Shown piece after piece: positions 27,183 to 39,417 of a stretch of DNA of 64,000 nucleotides. This DNA comes from the human T2T-CHM13v2.0 reference genome, Homo sapiens, in the NCBI RefSeq assembly GCF_009914755.1, contig NC_060933.1, one strand, 5' to 3'. A model generated the notes under the pieces. The model was not told the DNA's origin, searched no databases, and saw only the letters and a program-made list of their open reading frames with translations. The first letter of the stretch is position 1, and each line of letters starts with the position of its first letter. Both the position numbers and the translations under genes were made by a program.

Positions 27183-27481
27183 GACCAGGCGCGGTGGCTC
27201 ACGCCTGTAATCCCAGCACTTTGGGAGGCGGAGACGGGCGGATCACTTGAGCCCAGGAGTTCAACACCAGCCTGAGCAAAATGGCAAAACCCTGTATCTA
27301 TCAAAAATACAAAATTTAGCCAGGCGTGGTGGCGCACGCCTGTAATCCCAGCTACTTGGGATGCTGAGGCAGGAGGATTGCTTAATCCTGGGAGGTGGAG
27401 GTTGCAGTAGCCAAGGTTGCACCACCAGACTCCAGCCTGGACGACAGAGCGAGACCCTATCTCAAATTAAAAAAAAAAAAA
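27183..27481 (+). mobile_element. AluJ
   Basis: Full dimer with poly(A); gatcacttgagcccaggagttc. Confidence 0.96.
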
Positions 27482-27650
27482 GAGTATGCAAATATCTCTT
27501 GGAGATCCTGTTTTCAGTTCTTTTGGACATGTACTCAAAAGTGAGATTACTGAATCATATGGTAGTTCTATGAATTTTCTGAAGAACAGCATACTGTTTT
27601 CCATAGCAGCTAAACCTCCACATCCTTGTCAGTGTTTGTTAATTAATTAA

Positions 27651-27968
27651 TTTTTTTTTTTTTTTGAGACAGAGTCTCACTCTGTCGCCCAGGCTGGAGT
27701 GAAGTCATGTGATCCCCAGCTCACTGCAACCTCTGTCTCCCAGGTTCAAGCGATTCTCCTGCCTCAGCCTCCCAAGTAGCTGGGACTACAGGTGCCCGCC
27801 ACCATGCCCGGCTAATTTCTGTATTTTTTTTTTTTTTTTTTTTTTTTTGTAGAGACAGGGGTTTCACCATGTTGATTAGGCTGGTCTTGAACTCCTGGCC
27901 TGAAGTGATCCACCCCTCTAGGCCACCCAAAGTGCTGGGATTACAGGCATGAGCCACTGCGCCCCGCC
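27651..27968 (-). mobile_element. AluS with long poly(T) linker
   Basis: Full reverse dimer. Confidence 0.96.
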
Positions 27969-28504
27969 AGTTTCTGTATTTTGATAGTAGCCATCATAAT
28001 GGGTGTGAAGCAGCATCTCATTGTGGTTTTGATTTGCATTTCCCTAACCATGAGTGAATTGTGTGTTTATTGGTGAATTATGACTATTTTAAATCAATCT
28101 GGATCATTCTTATTTTCTCCTTGAATGTTGTTTCTCTGATTCTCTGTATTTTCTCTCTTCTCTTCCTATATCAAAAGATAGGTTTTTTCCCAAGTCTACC
28201 CCTCACTGAGAACACAAGCCACAGGGATGTCAAGTCTAGCTTTTCATCTAACTCACACTCAAAGCCTTGTCTCCTGTGCCTATGTGGGTATAAATATCCT
28301 CTCTCTCCTTTCCCTGGACAGCTGCAGTGACAGGTCATGTGCTTATCTCTTTGGTTTTCAGTTCCTACTTTATTTCTTGGTCCTGGAAATTTTCTCTACT
28401 TTTCTGTAGGCTCAAGTATTTGTTATACTGTATTGGGCATTTCTAGGCGTTTGTGGCAGGAAGATTTGGGGGATATCTCATCCACACTATTTTCAGAACT
28501 AGAA

Positions 28505-28870
28505 GCCTTTCCAACTCATTTACAAAACTAAATAAACCTGACAAAAGATAGCACAAAAAAAAGAAGGCTGCAGGCTAATCTCATTTATGAATATAGATGC
28601 AAATATCTTAAATAAAATATTAGCAAATTGAATCTAGCAATATACTAAATGGATATTCCACAATGACCAGGTAGGGTGTATTATTGGAAGGCAAGGACAG
28701 TTCTATTTTAGGAACTCTATTAATATAATTCATCATATTAATAGGCCAAGAGGGAAAAACCAGGGCTGATAAAAAGGCACTTGTTAACACTCAGCATCCA
28801 TTTTGCAGGAAAACCTCGCTTGGCAAAATAGAAATAGCAGGATTCTTCTTTAGCCTGATAAGAAAGGCTT
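28505..28870 (+). mobile_element. L1 ORF2 (RT region) fragment
   Basis: atctcatttatgaatatagatgcaaatatcttaaataaaatattagcaaattgaatc. Confidence 0.85.
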
Positions 28871-29089
28871 ACAGAAACATCCCGTCCTCGAAGAAGAAGG
28901 CAGCACCTCTTGAGAGCCTCTGCATTGAGGGTCTCCTCCACGCCTGCCTGGCCCGTCTCCTCTGTCCCGAGTTGAGAGCAAATCCATGTGTTCCTACTTC
29001 TCTGGCTCAGTTGGAGCCAAACATTCCACTTAGCCCGAGGAGCCACAGATGGATATTTTGCTTTCCAAACACACACTTTGGACCCAGAC

Positions 29090-29260
29090 GGCCTAGTGTG
29101 GCTGTGTTATGTTGGACAAGCGGCCACCACTTGCTGAGCTTCTCTGAACCCCAATTTTCTCATTTGTGAAATGAGGCTAAGATTCTGTATTCCCTGGGGC
29201 CATGAAAGTGAAGTCCCCGGCACACAGTAAAGGCTCAGAGAATGTTAATCACTTAGCACT
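29090..29260 (+). mobile_element. MIR fragment
   Basis: ttctctgaaccccaattttctcatttgtgaaatgagg...ggcacacagtaaaggctcag. Confidence 0.7.
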
Positions 29261-29634
29261 TCCCTCCTTCCCCATCTCTGCTTCTGTCTCTTCTCATCTT
29301 GCATGGGTTTCCCTTCCTTTTTCATGCCTCCATGACCCCAGGCCTGGCCAGCTCAGTCTCCTTACCGAAGTAAGCCCAGTCGGTGGGGAAATTTGGGGAC
29401 TCCAGAGCCCTGAGTTAGCATTCAAAGACATTAAGGTAGCTGCATGGGGCCTGACTGGGGGCTGGCCTGGGAGGCTCTCCCCAGGGCTTCCTGCCCCCAA
29501 GAGAGCCTGGTCAGTGAGTCCTGGAGGCCAGGAGGTCCATCTGGGCACCTGGTCTCATTGTGGGAGGTTTCTGTGCTTTGGTGGAATAAGGGCGGTTCCT
29601 GGTGGGCAGACCCAAGTTTAAGAACAGGCTGTGC

Positions 29635-29935
29635 GGCCGGGCACGGTGGCTCACGCCTGTAGTCCCAGCACTTTGGGAGGACGAGGCGGGTGGATCAAGA
29701 GGTCAGGAAATCGAGATCATCCTGGCCAACATGGTGAGACCCCATCTCTACTAAAAATACAAAAATTAGCTGGGTGTGGCGGCGCCTGCCTGTACTCCCT
29801 CTACTCAGGAGGCTAAGGCAGGAGAATTGCTGGAACCAGGGAGTTGGAGGTTGCAGTGAGCCAAGATCGTGCCCTGCACTCCAGCCTGGTGACAGAGCAA
29901 GATTCCGTCAAAAAAAAAAAAAACAAAAAAAAAAC
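29635..29935 (+). mobile_element. AluSc-like
   Basis: ggatcaagaggtcaggaaatcgagatcatcctggccaac; degenerate TSD ending gctgtgc. Confidence 0.95.
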
Positions 29936-30294
29936 AATATGCTGTGCTCCTCTAGGTGTGCCAGCCTCTTGCCAACTTCTTACAGGTTTCCTCCCTCTGG
30001 GTTAAAGTCTGGGATCACAGTCCCACAGCTTCTCAGACTAAGACCAAAGCCAGACCCTGGACTCCAGCCTCAGCCTCAGGTCCCTGTACCTCACCATCTC
30101 TTCCGTGGGTCCCCGAAGTTCCGGCATTCTGCTTTCTTCACCATCCCCAAATTTAGCTCCTACCTCCACCACCTCCATGCTTCCACCTGCGCTCTGCCAC
30201 TTCTCTCCTCGCACTCGGTATCCCGTGACTCATGAGAGTGGGCATTTGGCCCTTTCCCTGCTGGGACACCACCAAGATCCCCTGGCTCAGTCGG

Positions 30295-30855
30295 TGTACT
30301 AAACACTAACCACACCTTTTGTTTCAAAATAGCTTGGGGACTTGCCGCCACTAGAGGGAGAGGGACTGCCCTTCCCCGGGGAGAGATTAGAGAATCCTTA
30401 GAGACAGCAAACAACCGGCCCCAGAGTGAGCCCCTTTCAAATGCAGACCAGCCAATCCAGAGCCATCTACCCACCCACCTCCTTTGTGGGGCTCTGACAC
30501 TCCGGAGGCACTATCCACCTGCCCTAATCACTCCGGGGCCCGCTTCCCGACCCTGGGGACAGCGCCTACCCCCAGAGCCTGCTGATGTTACTCACGCTAG
30601 TCAGTGCTGAGCCTGCTCACCCTCTCTTTCCTGTGGAAACCACCACAAGGGCTCTTAAACACATTTTCCCTGCCCTCCCCTCAACTCTGCTTCCAAACTG
30701 ACAGGTGCTTCCTGGTATGACACGTCCATGGCATTGGCGTGGCTTCTCTCTAGGGATCTATGAGTATAACAAACCATCTTTTCAAGGTAATCACGTTCTG
30801 ATCTGTTAGCCTCACCATCCCTGAATAGCAATAAAACCGATTACATTTGCAAACA
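30295..30855 (+). mobile_element. MER74-like ERVL LTR
   Basis: TG...CA ends; ccaatccagagcc, cctgccctaatcac, aacaaaccatcttttcaagg resemble recalled MER74 consensus. Confidence 0.7.
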
Positions 30856-30856
30856 G

Positions 30857-31245
30857 ACAGGATAGGCTCAGTTATGCTGAGGTTACAAACCGGTCTTGGT
30901 GGCTTAACACACAAAGCTTACTGTTGGTCTAGGTGACTCTCCAGGACAAAGTCCTCCACACAGTGACTCAGTGATCCAGGCTGGAGGAGGCTCCACATTC
31001 CTGTAGTGGCAGCTTTGGGAACACACCTCCCTGGTTGCCTTGGAGAGTATGAAAGTACTGGAGGATTTAGGACCAGCACTTCACTGCTTTGGCCCCAAAA
31101 TGACACATACCACCAATGCTCACACCTCATTGGGAAGAACAAGTCTCCTCACCTCAACCAACAGCAAGTTGACTGGGAGGCGTGACTCCCCAGAGTGCTC
31201 AGAAGGAGAAGAAAATGGGAGAGGGAGATGGGTGCACACTCAATA
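30857..31245 (-). mobile_element. MLT1 (K/L-like) LTR
   Basis: caggataggctcagttatgctgaggttacaaac...gtgactcagtgatccaggctg. Confidence 0.7.
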
Positions 31246-31529
31246 TCTCTGTCTCACTCTCTCTTCTCTGCTACTGGGTCAGGGAAAGGAACTCTTCCCC
31301 AGCGTAGGATGTTGCCCTCTTGGGCTCACCAGGAGGTTGCACTGGCTGGGAGGCGGTCTGTCCTCTACTGGCATCGACATAGTGGGGGCTGGCTGCAGCA
31401 GGAAATCTGCATTTGCCCAAGGAAACCCTCATTTTGTCATCTCCCCCGGACAAAGCAGACTAGCTCTAGGGTGTCTCCTCTAGAGCTTTGAAAAAATTAA
31501 AAAATTAAAAGACAGGGAGAGGGAGACAA

Positions 31530-31920
31530 ACAAACAATTCTGATCCCAACCGGGCAGAGACACAAATAGCGCCTTTTAATTATATAATCTGCTTTTGATG
31601 AATTTATTTCTGACAGTTTTATAGGTTGACGAGAGAGTGCATTTTAGATGCAAAAAAAACCCATTATTCATTCCAGGCTCTTTGAGCATAAAAATTGTCA
31701 AATGATTTTAATACAGTTTTAAGTTTTATGTTTATTGTCAAGGGGGAAAAAAAGTCCACAGCAATTACCGAGTCACATGCCCCTTCAATCTTTATGTTTC
31801 TGACAGCAAGAACAATAAAATATGTTTTTGCCCAAACCTTTTACCGCTCAGATTGACGTGGCTTCAGCGACAGCTGCTTTTCTTCCATGTGAGAACCGTT
31901 TATGAGAAAGCTAACTTAGA
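31530..31920. promoter_or_regulatory. Candidate HOX/TALE developmental enhancer
   Basis: Repeat-free AT island with TGACAG x2, TGTCA x2, TGATGAAT and many TTTAT(G/TG) motifs. Confidence 0.6.
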
Positions 31921-32209
31921 ACCACTCCTTGGTGGGGGGTGGCAGGGGGAGTCCTGGCTGCTCTGCAGAACAGATGTTCCCTGGCAGAAATGTCCAGACC
32001 CTGAGGCCTGGGACCAGAGAGGAAAGTGGGGTGAAACCAGGTGGGACAAATCTGTATTTTTACACCATCTTCGGGCACCTTGTTGGTTTGCAGGGGACCC
32101 AGGAGAGCACACTTTTCCTGGTGAGAACCACCGGCCAAGGATAATCCTCCAATCAGAGCATGACCAAGAAGACAGTGCACCAGTCATGGTCCTGCCAAGC
32201 ACTGGACCT

Positions 32210-32640
32210 GTTGTCTTGGTTTGAGCTGCTTCACAGGCAGAACCTGAGAGGATATCAGAGCAAGTCGTATATCTGAGAAGTGATCCCAGGAAACACCAGC
32301 AGAGAGTGGGGAAGGGAGACAGGGAAGAGAAAGAGTGGATAGAAGATGAGTTGTCAGACAAGCTGCCATCATGGGCAACTGGAGTAGAATCTGCTGGGGA
32401 GCTTCAGGAGATGCAGGGCATGCCTCGGAGTTAACCCAGCTGCCGGACAGGACAACTTGGCTGTTTACCGGTTGATGTCTCACCGTACGTCATTGTCCAT
32501 GTCTGCTTCTAGGGGCATGAACTCTCTAGACCTCTGCTTGCCCTGAGCTTGTGCCGCACCTACCAGCCAATAGCACAGGGAAAACACAACCTGCCACTCA
32601 GGTAACCCGCAGCCTTGAAAGGATCTCCCATCCTGCTGGT
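32210..32640 (-). mobile_element. LTR16-like ERVL LTR
   Basis: ggcagaacctgagag...gaagtgatcccaggaaacaccagcagagagtggggaagggagacagggaa. Confidence 0.65.
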
Positions 32641-33188
32641 GGCCCAGATGTGGCCGTCCCTTCGTTCTCCAGCGCCTGTGCCCATGGGCTACTTCTCTGC
32701 TTTGTGCCCCATGCCAGACTGATTGCAGAATTCAGCATCTCCGTGGGGACTCCCAAGTAGAAGGACCAGTGAATAATGTTTGCTGAGTATTTTTAGAGAC
32801 AATAGAGAAGCTCTTCCTCCCTTGTTCCTCTGCCCAGGGATTCTTTGCTGTCCCCTGCCTCTCCCAGTGGCCAGCCTGGTGGGCTTGTCTCCTTCCATCC
32901 CACCCCACCACAAACTTCTTAGCCCTCTAGGATGTAGAGCAGTTCAGCTCTACTTAGTCTCTGTCTCTAGCCTTGCTATTTCCGTACTTACCATGTGCTC
33001 AGAGAAGACTGGGGCCCTCTGGTCAGCAGGGCCCAGCCTCTTGGAAAGCAACTTAGCAACTGCCCTTTAGAATGTCACCACCAGTAAGTGGATTGTCAAG
33101 GTGGTTCTATTCAACATGGATGATTCTAGGGAGATGGCAGGGCTGTGCTTTGCCAGATAGCTGGGCCCCCAAGGCCATGGAAGTATTA

Positions 33189-33522
<334 letters not shown>

Positions 33523-33969
33523 AGAATCTCCTTCCCTACCATGTTGGGGTACTGGGAGGCGAGGGGTACTCTGCCCAGGGGTGCTGTGGCCAGGGCTTGG
33601 TCTGAGGCAAGTCAGCAGGGCCCAGCCTCTCCAGAGGGCATTTAAACCTTCAGGGTTGAAGGGTTTGGTGACCTGAGATCCATAGCCCAAGAGTGTCTCC
33701 GGTGGACATAGGCTTACATTCAAGCTCCACAGGCCTGCAGTCTGGATGGAGATAGAAATGGAGCTGGTCCAGGGTAGTGTCCTGCCCTCTTGGGAACTCA
33801 GCTGGGAAAGCCTGTCGAGAGGGGGCAGTGCCAGGAGGAGTGAGGTATGGAGGCTGCAGGGAGAGCCCCAGACATTCCAAGAGCCCTCCCTGAGGGTCCA
33901 GGGAGGGGCCTCTTGCAGACATACATCTGGGCAGGTCTGGATAGGTGGTGACTCCACAATGAGCAGGAA

Positions 33970-34400
33970 CAAGTTTCCTCAAGGGCCTTTGCCTGAACTG
34001 TCTCCTCTGCCTGGAAAACTCTTCATACAGCCCGCTCAACGAACCCCTTCATGTCTTTTACGACTGCATAAAAGACACTTCTTCAGGGAAGCCTTCCTGG
34101 ATTTCTCAGCCTTGCTCAGGCCCCAGTGCCACACACTGCTATGGGCCCCTGTGCGCCCAAATTACAATTATTGTTAAATATTATATTCTTTTAAAGTGTA
34201 ATGTATGCACTACACTTTAAAAGAATACAATATTTAACAATAATTGTAATTTGTTCATTATAAAAATGTTTCTCTTTTCCTCTAGGCTGAACTCTATGGG
34301 GTCAAGGTCACAGTCTGTTTTGCTCCCAGCTCTATCTAAAACACTGCATGGTGCCCAGCAGACAGTAGATCTCATTACATTGTGAATGGATAATGGGTGG
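33970..34400 (+). mobile_element. LINE-2 3' region containing a palindrome
   Basis: cacttcttcagggaagccttcctgga...tgcatggtgcccagcagacagtagatctc. Confidence 0.7.
34158..34253. repeat. 96-bp AT-rich near-perfect palindrome
   Basis: 43-bp arms 34158-34200 and 34211-34253 with a single mismatch. Confidence 0.97.
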
Positions 34401-34439
34401 ATGGAGGGAGGGGTGGAGGGATGAAACAGGCTTCCCTTC

Positions 34440-34800
34440 TGTGACACTTCAGTAAGCCTATTTCCTTTTCCTCCTTCATTCCCAGTCTCCCTTGCAAGCA
34501 GATGTAGTCATGTGGCTGAGTCTGGCCCATGTGACTGAATGCTGCTGGAAGTGAAGTACTCCTAGGGCTGATCTGTGTGGCCCCTTCTACAGAGAACTCT
34601 GAGGCCCCAGGGAAGAGCAGAGCCACGGATGGAGGGTGCCTGGGCCGCTGAATGACTGTGTGGAACAGAGCTCAGCCCTCCCCACTCCAGTGGACTTTAC
34701 CCCTTTTCCCAAGTGGGAAATAAAACTCTATTGTGTTAAGCTACTGAGGTTTGGCAGTTATTTGTTACAGAGGCGGGTATAACTTGTCCCAGCTAATACA
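34440..34800 (+). mobile_element. MLT1 (I/J-like) LTR
   Basis: cccagtctcccttgcaagcagatgtagtcatgtg...aaataaaactctattgtgttaagctactgagg...ctaataca. Confidence 0.8.
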
Positions 34801-35009
34801 TCTCTTGGGATGGATGCCCTAGGAGGAACCAGGTCTGATCATTTCTCTGCTTTCAGCGTCTCTGTCTTGTTTGCCACCCTTGATCAGAATGGGCTGGGTG
34901 GGTTTCCAGGAAAGAGGAAGAGGTCATTTTCTAACATTTGTTCCTCGTGCCCACCCTCTCCTGGGGAGGTGGGAGTGACTTGAGGACCTGGAGTTTCTAT
35001 CTGGAGTGG

Positions 35010-35210
35010 TAGAGACAGTGGATGGGAGTTGGACTCTGAAATCAGTTGTGTGTTCAAATCCCGGTTGTGTCCGTGACCTCTGGACAGTCGCTTGTCATTT
35101 CCGATAATGATGCCTGCACCATGGAGTTATGTAAACACTCAAAGAGCTCGAATGTGAAGCACTTGGCGGAGTGCCTGGCACCCATAGAAGGGAGCGATCA
35201 TGATAATTAC
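35010..35210 (+). mobile_element. MIR
   Basis: ggactctgaaatcag...gttcaaatccc...aatgtgaagcacttggcggagtgcctggcac. Confidence 0.65.
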
Positions 35211-35944
35211 GATTTTCCTCAGGTCTCAGCGTCTCAGTTGCAGGAAGCTCTGCATTGCAAGCCTTTTGTCTCATTCCATTTTCGAGCCAGACGGCCCCAT
35301 TTTTCTCCCAGTTTCCGCGGTTCTTGAGCTGCCCCAGTGCCTATTACACAAACCCCAATGCATCTCTGAAGTTAGCAGCTAATTATGTTCCAGGAAGTTA
35401 TAGATCTGGAGTTTTTCATGTGCCAGAGGCAATTGCCTGCTCGGGCTCTCATTTTGCAGAGCAGCCTTCCAAGGACTGATTGGGAGCCCCTTCCCCTGGC
35501 CCCAGGGGCCTTGTGGGACCAACCCCTCTGCACCTCGGGGAGTCAGGGTGCCCCTTCCCTGCCTCCCAGACTTTACTAGCTCTGGGCCTCCCTCACAGCT
35601 CCTTACAGGCTGTGAGGAACGTTCGGGCTGTCTGTTCTGGGCTGGGAGGTAGAGGGAGTGTCAGAGAGCCCTTGAGAAATGTCCCTCCCTCCTGGGGAGG
35701 CACAATTGGTCCTTCATTATTGTGAGTAATAGTTTTTGCTGCTGAGCAACTGAGTGACTTGCGTCTGTTTATCGTGTAAGGGTTTGCCCTGACCCCCTGC
35801 CCCACAGCCTCCCTGAGCTGCCTCTCCACCTGGGGCTCTCATTTCTGCCTCTCCCCTGCAGCCAGACAAATACCCCTGGCTCCCAGGGCTCCACTCCCCA
35901 CACTGGGCTGCCCTCCGGGGACCCAGTTTCTCCTTCCTTAGGCA

Positions 35945-36113
35945 GCATTCCCTTGGAACTAAAGTAAGAGAAGTGAAGTGCTCACAGTGCAAAATGTAAC
36001 AAGGTGCTTACACTCTGGTGCCAATTGCACACTTGTGCACACTTGCACACCCTTGAGAGTGAGTGCCTCCTTAGGTTAGGTGCCTCACTGGCTTCTCCCT
36101 AGTCTGGACCCCA
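35945..36113. mobile_element. MER91-like hAT-Tip100 MITE
   Basis: gagagtgagtgcctcctta...ggtgcctcactggcttctccctagtctggaccc. Confidence 0.6.
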
Positions 36114-36754
36114 CCCTAGTGACCCCCTGCCCAACTCTGTGGGAGGTGAACTCCCCTGCACACTGCTTGGCAAAGATTTCCTACCAACTGCAGCTGAGCT
36201 AAAGAAAGGAACCAGGGCTGCCCTGCTCACTGTCATCTTCCCATCCTTAGCACATAGCACACAGTGGGTGCTCAAAAAACGCTGCTTCCCAACCACCATA
36301 ATGAGATGTAGCAAGAGATGACTTGGCAAAGCACTGAGTGACATTCTGAGCATGCAGTAAGTGCTCTGTCTATGGAAGGGCCATCTGAATCGACCATCTT
36401 CCATTCATGATTTCACGAGGGGAGCATTAGATTGAGTCTGTGATGCTGGTTCATGGGACGAAGATCAGGGTGTTTAAGTGGAATCCCAATTCTTAAAGTG
36501 TGACACACCCTGCAAGAGACCTCTCATTTCTAATGCATACCAGAACCTGTGCTGGGCAGCCCTACGTTTTCACCCCATTTGATTTCATTGATTTTATTGA
36601 CAGTTGTTCCTGCAGCATAGTAATCCATGCTTGTTTTGGCCTTGAATCTTGTTTGGTCTATGTCTGAACAGTTCTGGAAAGTCCCAGCAAAATCTTGCAT
36701 AACACTGCCAGGCACAGTACTAAGCACCTCCACATATGTTAGATCATTTGATGT

Positions 36755-36940
36755 CTGATCTCAGGCTGTATTAATAGAGATATGGAGTCTAGAACAAAGG
36801 AGGTGATAGTCTCCATCATTTCCGAACTAGTGAAAATTTATCCAAAGTGTTGCTTCCTTAGGGAGTTTCCTCTCCTCAGGGAGTCTCACTTTAAGAAATA
36901 ACTTGACATTTCTGAGTGAGCTGAGAGCCACCCAGATGCA
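36755..36940 (+). mobile_element. L3/CR1-like fragment
   Basis: ggctgtattaatagagatatggagtctagaacaaaggaggtgatagtc. Confidence 0.55.
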
Positions 36941-37279
36941 AAGGTAATCAGGATTACAGATGAAGGCTATGAGAACTTTGCACATGGATGAGAAGGGTTG
37001 TTGCCTTCAATGACATGATTTAACTTATTTGATGAAGGGTTAAACTTAATGGTGGGAGTTAGCTTCCTAGTCCTGGCTTGGCCCAGGTGGGCAGTCTCCG
37101 GTGAGAGCCATCCAGCCATGGAGTAGGCTGCTGGCTGCATAGTGAGATCCCTTCCACCAGAACTAAGCAAATCAAAATGGGATATTCAAGCTGCAGAAAC
37201 AACTGTATGGAAGGGATAAGCTCCTAAACTCTTTCAGATTTGCATCTGGGAGCCTCTCTGAGCCACAACAATTTCAGTT

Positions 37280-37660
37280 ATCCACCCATACATGTATCCG
37301 TTCACCCATCCACTCATCTACTCACCCCCCCATCCAACCACTCATCTATCCTTCCACCCACCCATACATACATACAATTCATCCATCCAAGTTACCCATC
37401 CATTTAACAATTCATCTATCCATCCGTCCGTCCATCCATCCATCCATCCATCCATCCATCCAGTTCATCCATCCATCCGACAATTATCCATCCATCCACC
37501 CATCTATCCATGCATCCATCCATACATTCATCCAATCATTTATCCATCTATCCATCCACCCATCCATCCACCCAATTCATCCACCCAACAATTCATCCAT
37601 CCATCCATCCACCCACCCATCCACCCAACAATTCATCCATCCATCCATCTATCCATTCAC
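37280..37660 (+). repeat. Degenerate (CCAT)n tract
   Basis: Direct read. Confidence 0.95.
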
Positions 37661-37825
37661 CCAATAGCCATTGGGCCTCTGCCTTGTGCGAGGCACCCTG
37701 TCAAGCCCTGGAGGAGCAGTGGGGAGAACTACATACAGCCACGGTCCCTGCCCTCATCAATCTTCCATTCTAAGGGAAGAAAAACAACAAAGGCTGATGA
37801 GCCCCCCAACAGGAAAAGGACCAAC
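37655..37825 (+). repeat. 171-bp direct duplication, copy 1 (L2-derived)
   Basis: ~88% ungapped identity to 40711-40881 by manual alignment. Confidence 0.93.
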
Positions 37826-38519
37826 TTCTAGGGAGAATTTACATCTGGATTATTTTGTGGCCTGAGGTTTAGCTTGTCACTTCAGTGATTTGCCAGTCCT
37901 TGGTGGGTCATCTGGGTCACTGAGAAAAATGTGAAACAGGATAAATTGCAATCAGTCCCCAGCCCCTGACTAGAAGATGGGCATGCCAAGGTTCCCCTTC
38001 AGAACCCTAACATCTTACACAGTGCTTGGTTCAGAGGAGGAATTCAGGAAAGGTTAGATGACTAGAGAGGTGGAAGGATGGATGGATGAAGGAGGGATGT
38101 ATGGAGAGACAGACAGATGAACAACATGACTGAGGCTAGAAGGCTTGCCATGACTGTAGTGAACTGGAAACTGGTGTTCAGAGCCCACCTCCATCCCTAG
38201 CCAGCCAGAGGGCACCTCTCAGGTGCTGCATGGTCTATGGGTCCCAGAGCCTTGGCCACCCTTTCCTGTCTGGTGCCCACTAGGCATGACCCATACCGGG
38301 CCTGTAAGGCAACCAGAGCTCAGACGGAGCAGCATCCACTGCACTGCCAACTGCCTCCCTGAGCTGGGTCTCCAATTTCCACTAACGATGTCTGTCTGCC
38401 CCTTTCTAATGGCAAGATCGATCTCCTCAATGGAGAAGTTGAAATCAATAGAGCAGTTGATTAGTTCTGCGTTCTCCCTGCCATCTGTTACTAGTAAGAC
38501 AGTGTCACGGAAAGGGCAC

Positions 38520-38680
38520 AGGCCTGGTGTCGGGCAGGCTGGGGTGAATTCTGCCTCGCCCCCAGCACTCTTGCAGCAAATCACATCCCATCTCTGGGCC
38601 TCAGCTTCCCTGCCTCAGAAATGGGGATAATACTGCTGAGTTTGCTTTGATAATTTGTGAATGCCTGGCACAGGGATTGG
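38520..38680 (+). mobile_element. MIR
   Basis: tctctgggcctcagcttccctgcctcagaaatggggataata. Confidence 0.7.
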
Positions 38681-39034
38681 AAGAACAAGGAGGGTAGGTA
38701 CAGCAAGGGCTCGTGGGTCCTGGCAGAGGCATGTCTGTGTGTCTGTGTGTTTTGACAATGAACTTCCAGTCTCCTGGGAAGACAGCGAAAGGACCCATGA
38801 CGTTTGGCCCCATGGTGGTGGCAGTGCACCTAGGAAGAGCCTCAGACTCAGGTTCAGAGGTTTTGTGAGACTGCTCAGCAGGAAGGTGAGCCTGAAAGGG
38901 AATGGACCTCTTCTGCACACATGCCAGGCCCCCCAGCTGCTCGAGGAAATGGGATTGGGGGCTTTGGGGCCCCAAAGGTATCCCTGCACAGCCCTGAGCC
39001 CTGGGGCGCAAATGCCCCCAGGCTGGAGGAGTGA

Positions 39035-39417
<383 letters not shown>

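Larger units (their letters stand above)
26640..28055 (-). mobile_element. L1MB 3' end interrupted by two Alus
   Basis: aaaatacacataatgtaaaattcaccctcttaaccatttctaagtgtacag...ttgtggttttgatttgcatttccctaa. Confidence 0.85.

Noticed and set aside
17050-28870. Possible functional reverse transcriptase/endonuclease genes
   Set aside because: Ancient L1 fragments riddled with stops and frameshifts
37280-37660. CRISPR-like or other prokaryotic repeat array
   Set aside because: Eukaryotic simple repeat with no repeat-spacer structure; the window is primate DNA
37292-37831. HPSI-repeat ORF
   Set aside because: Translation of the (CCAT)n simple repeat
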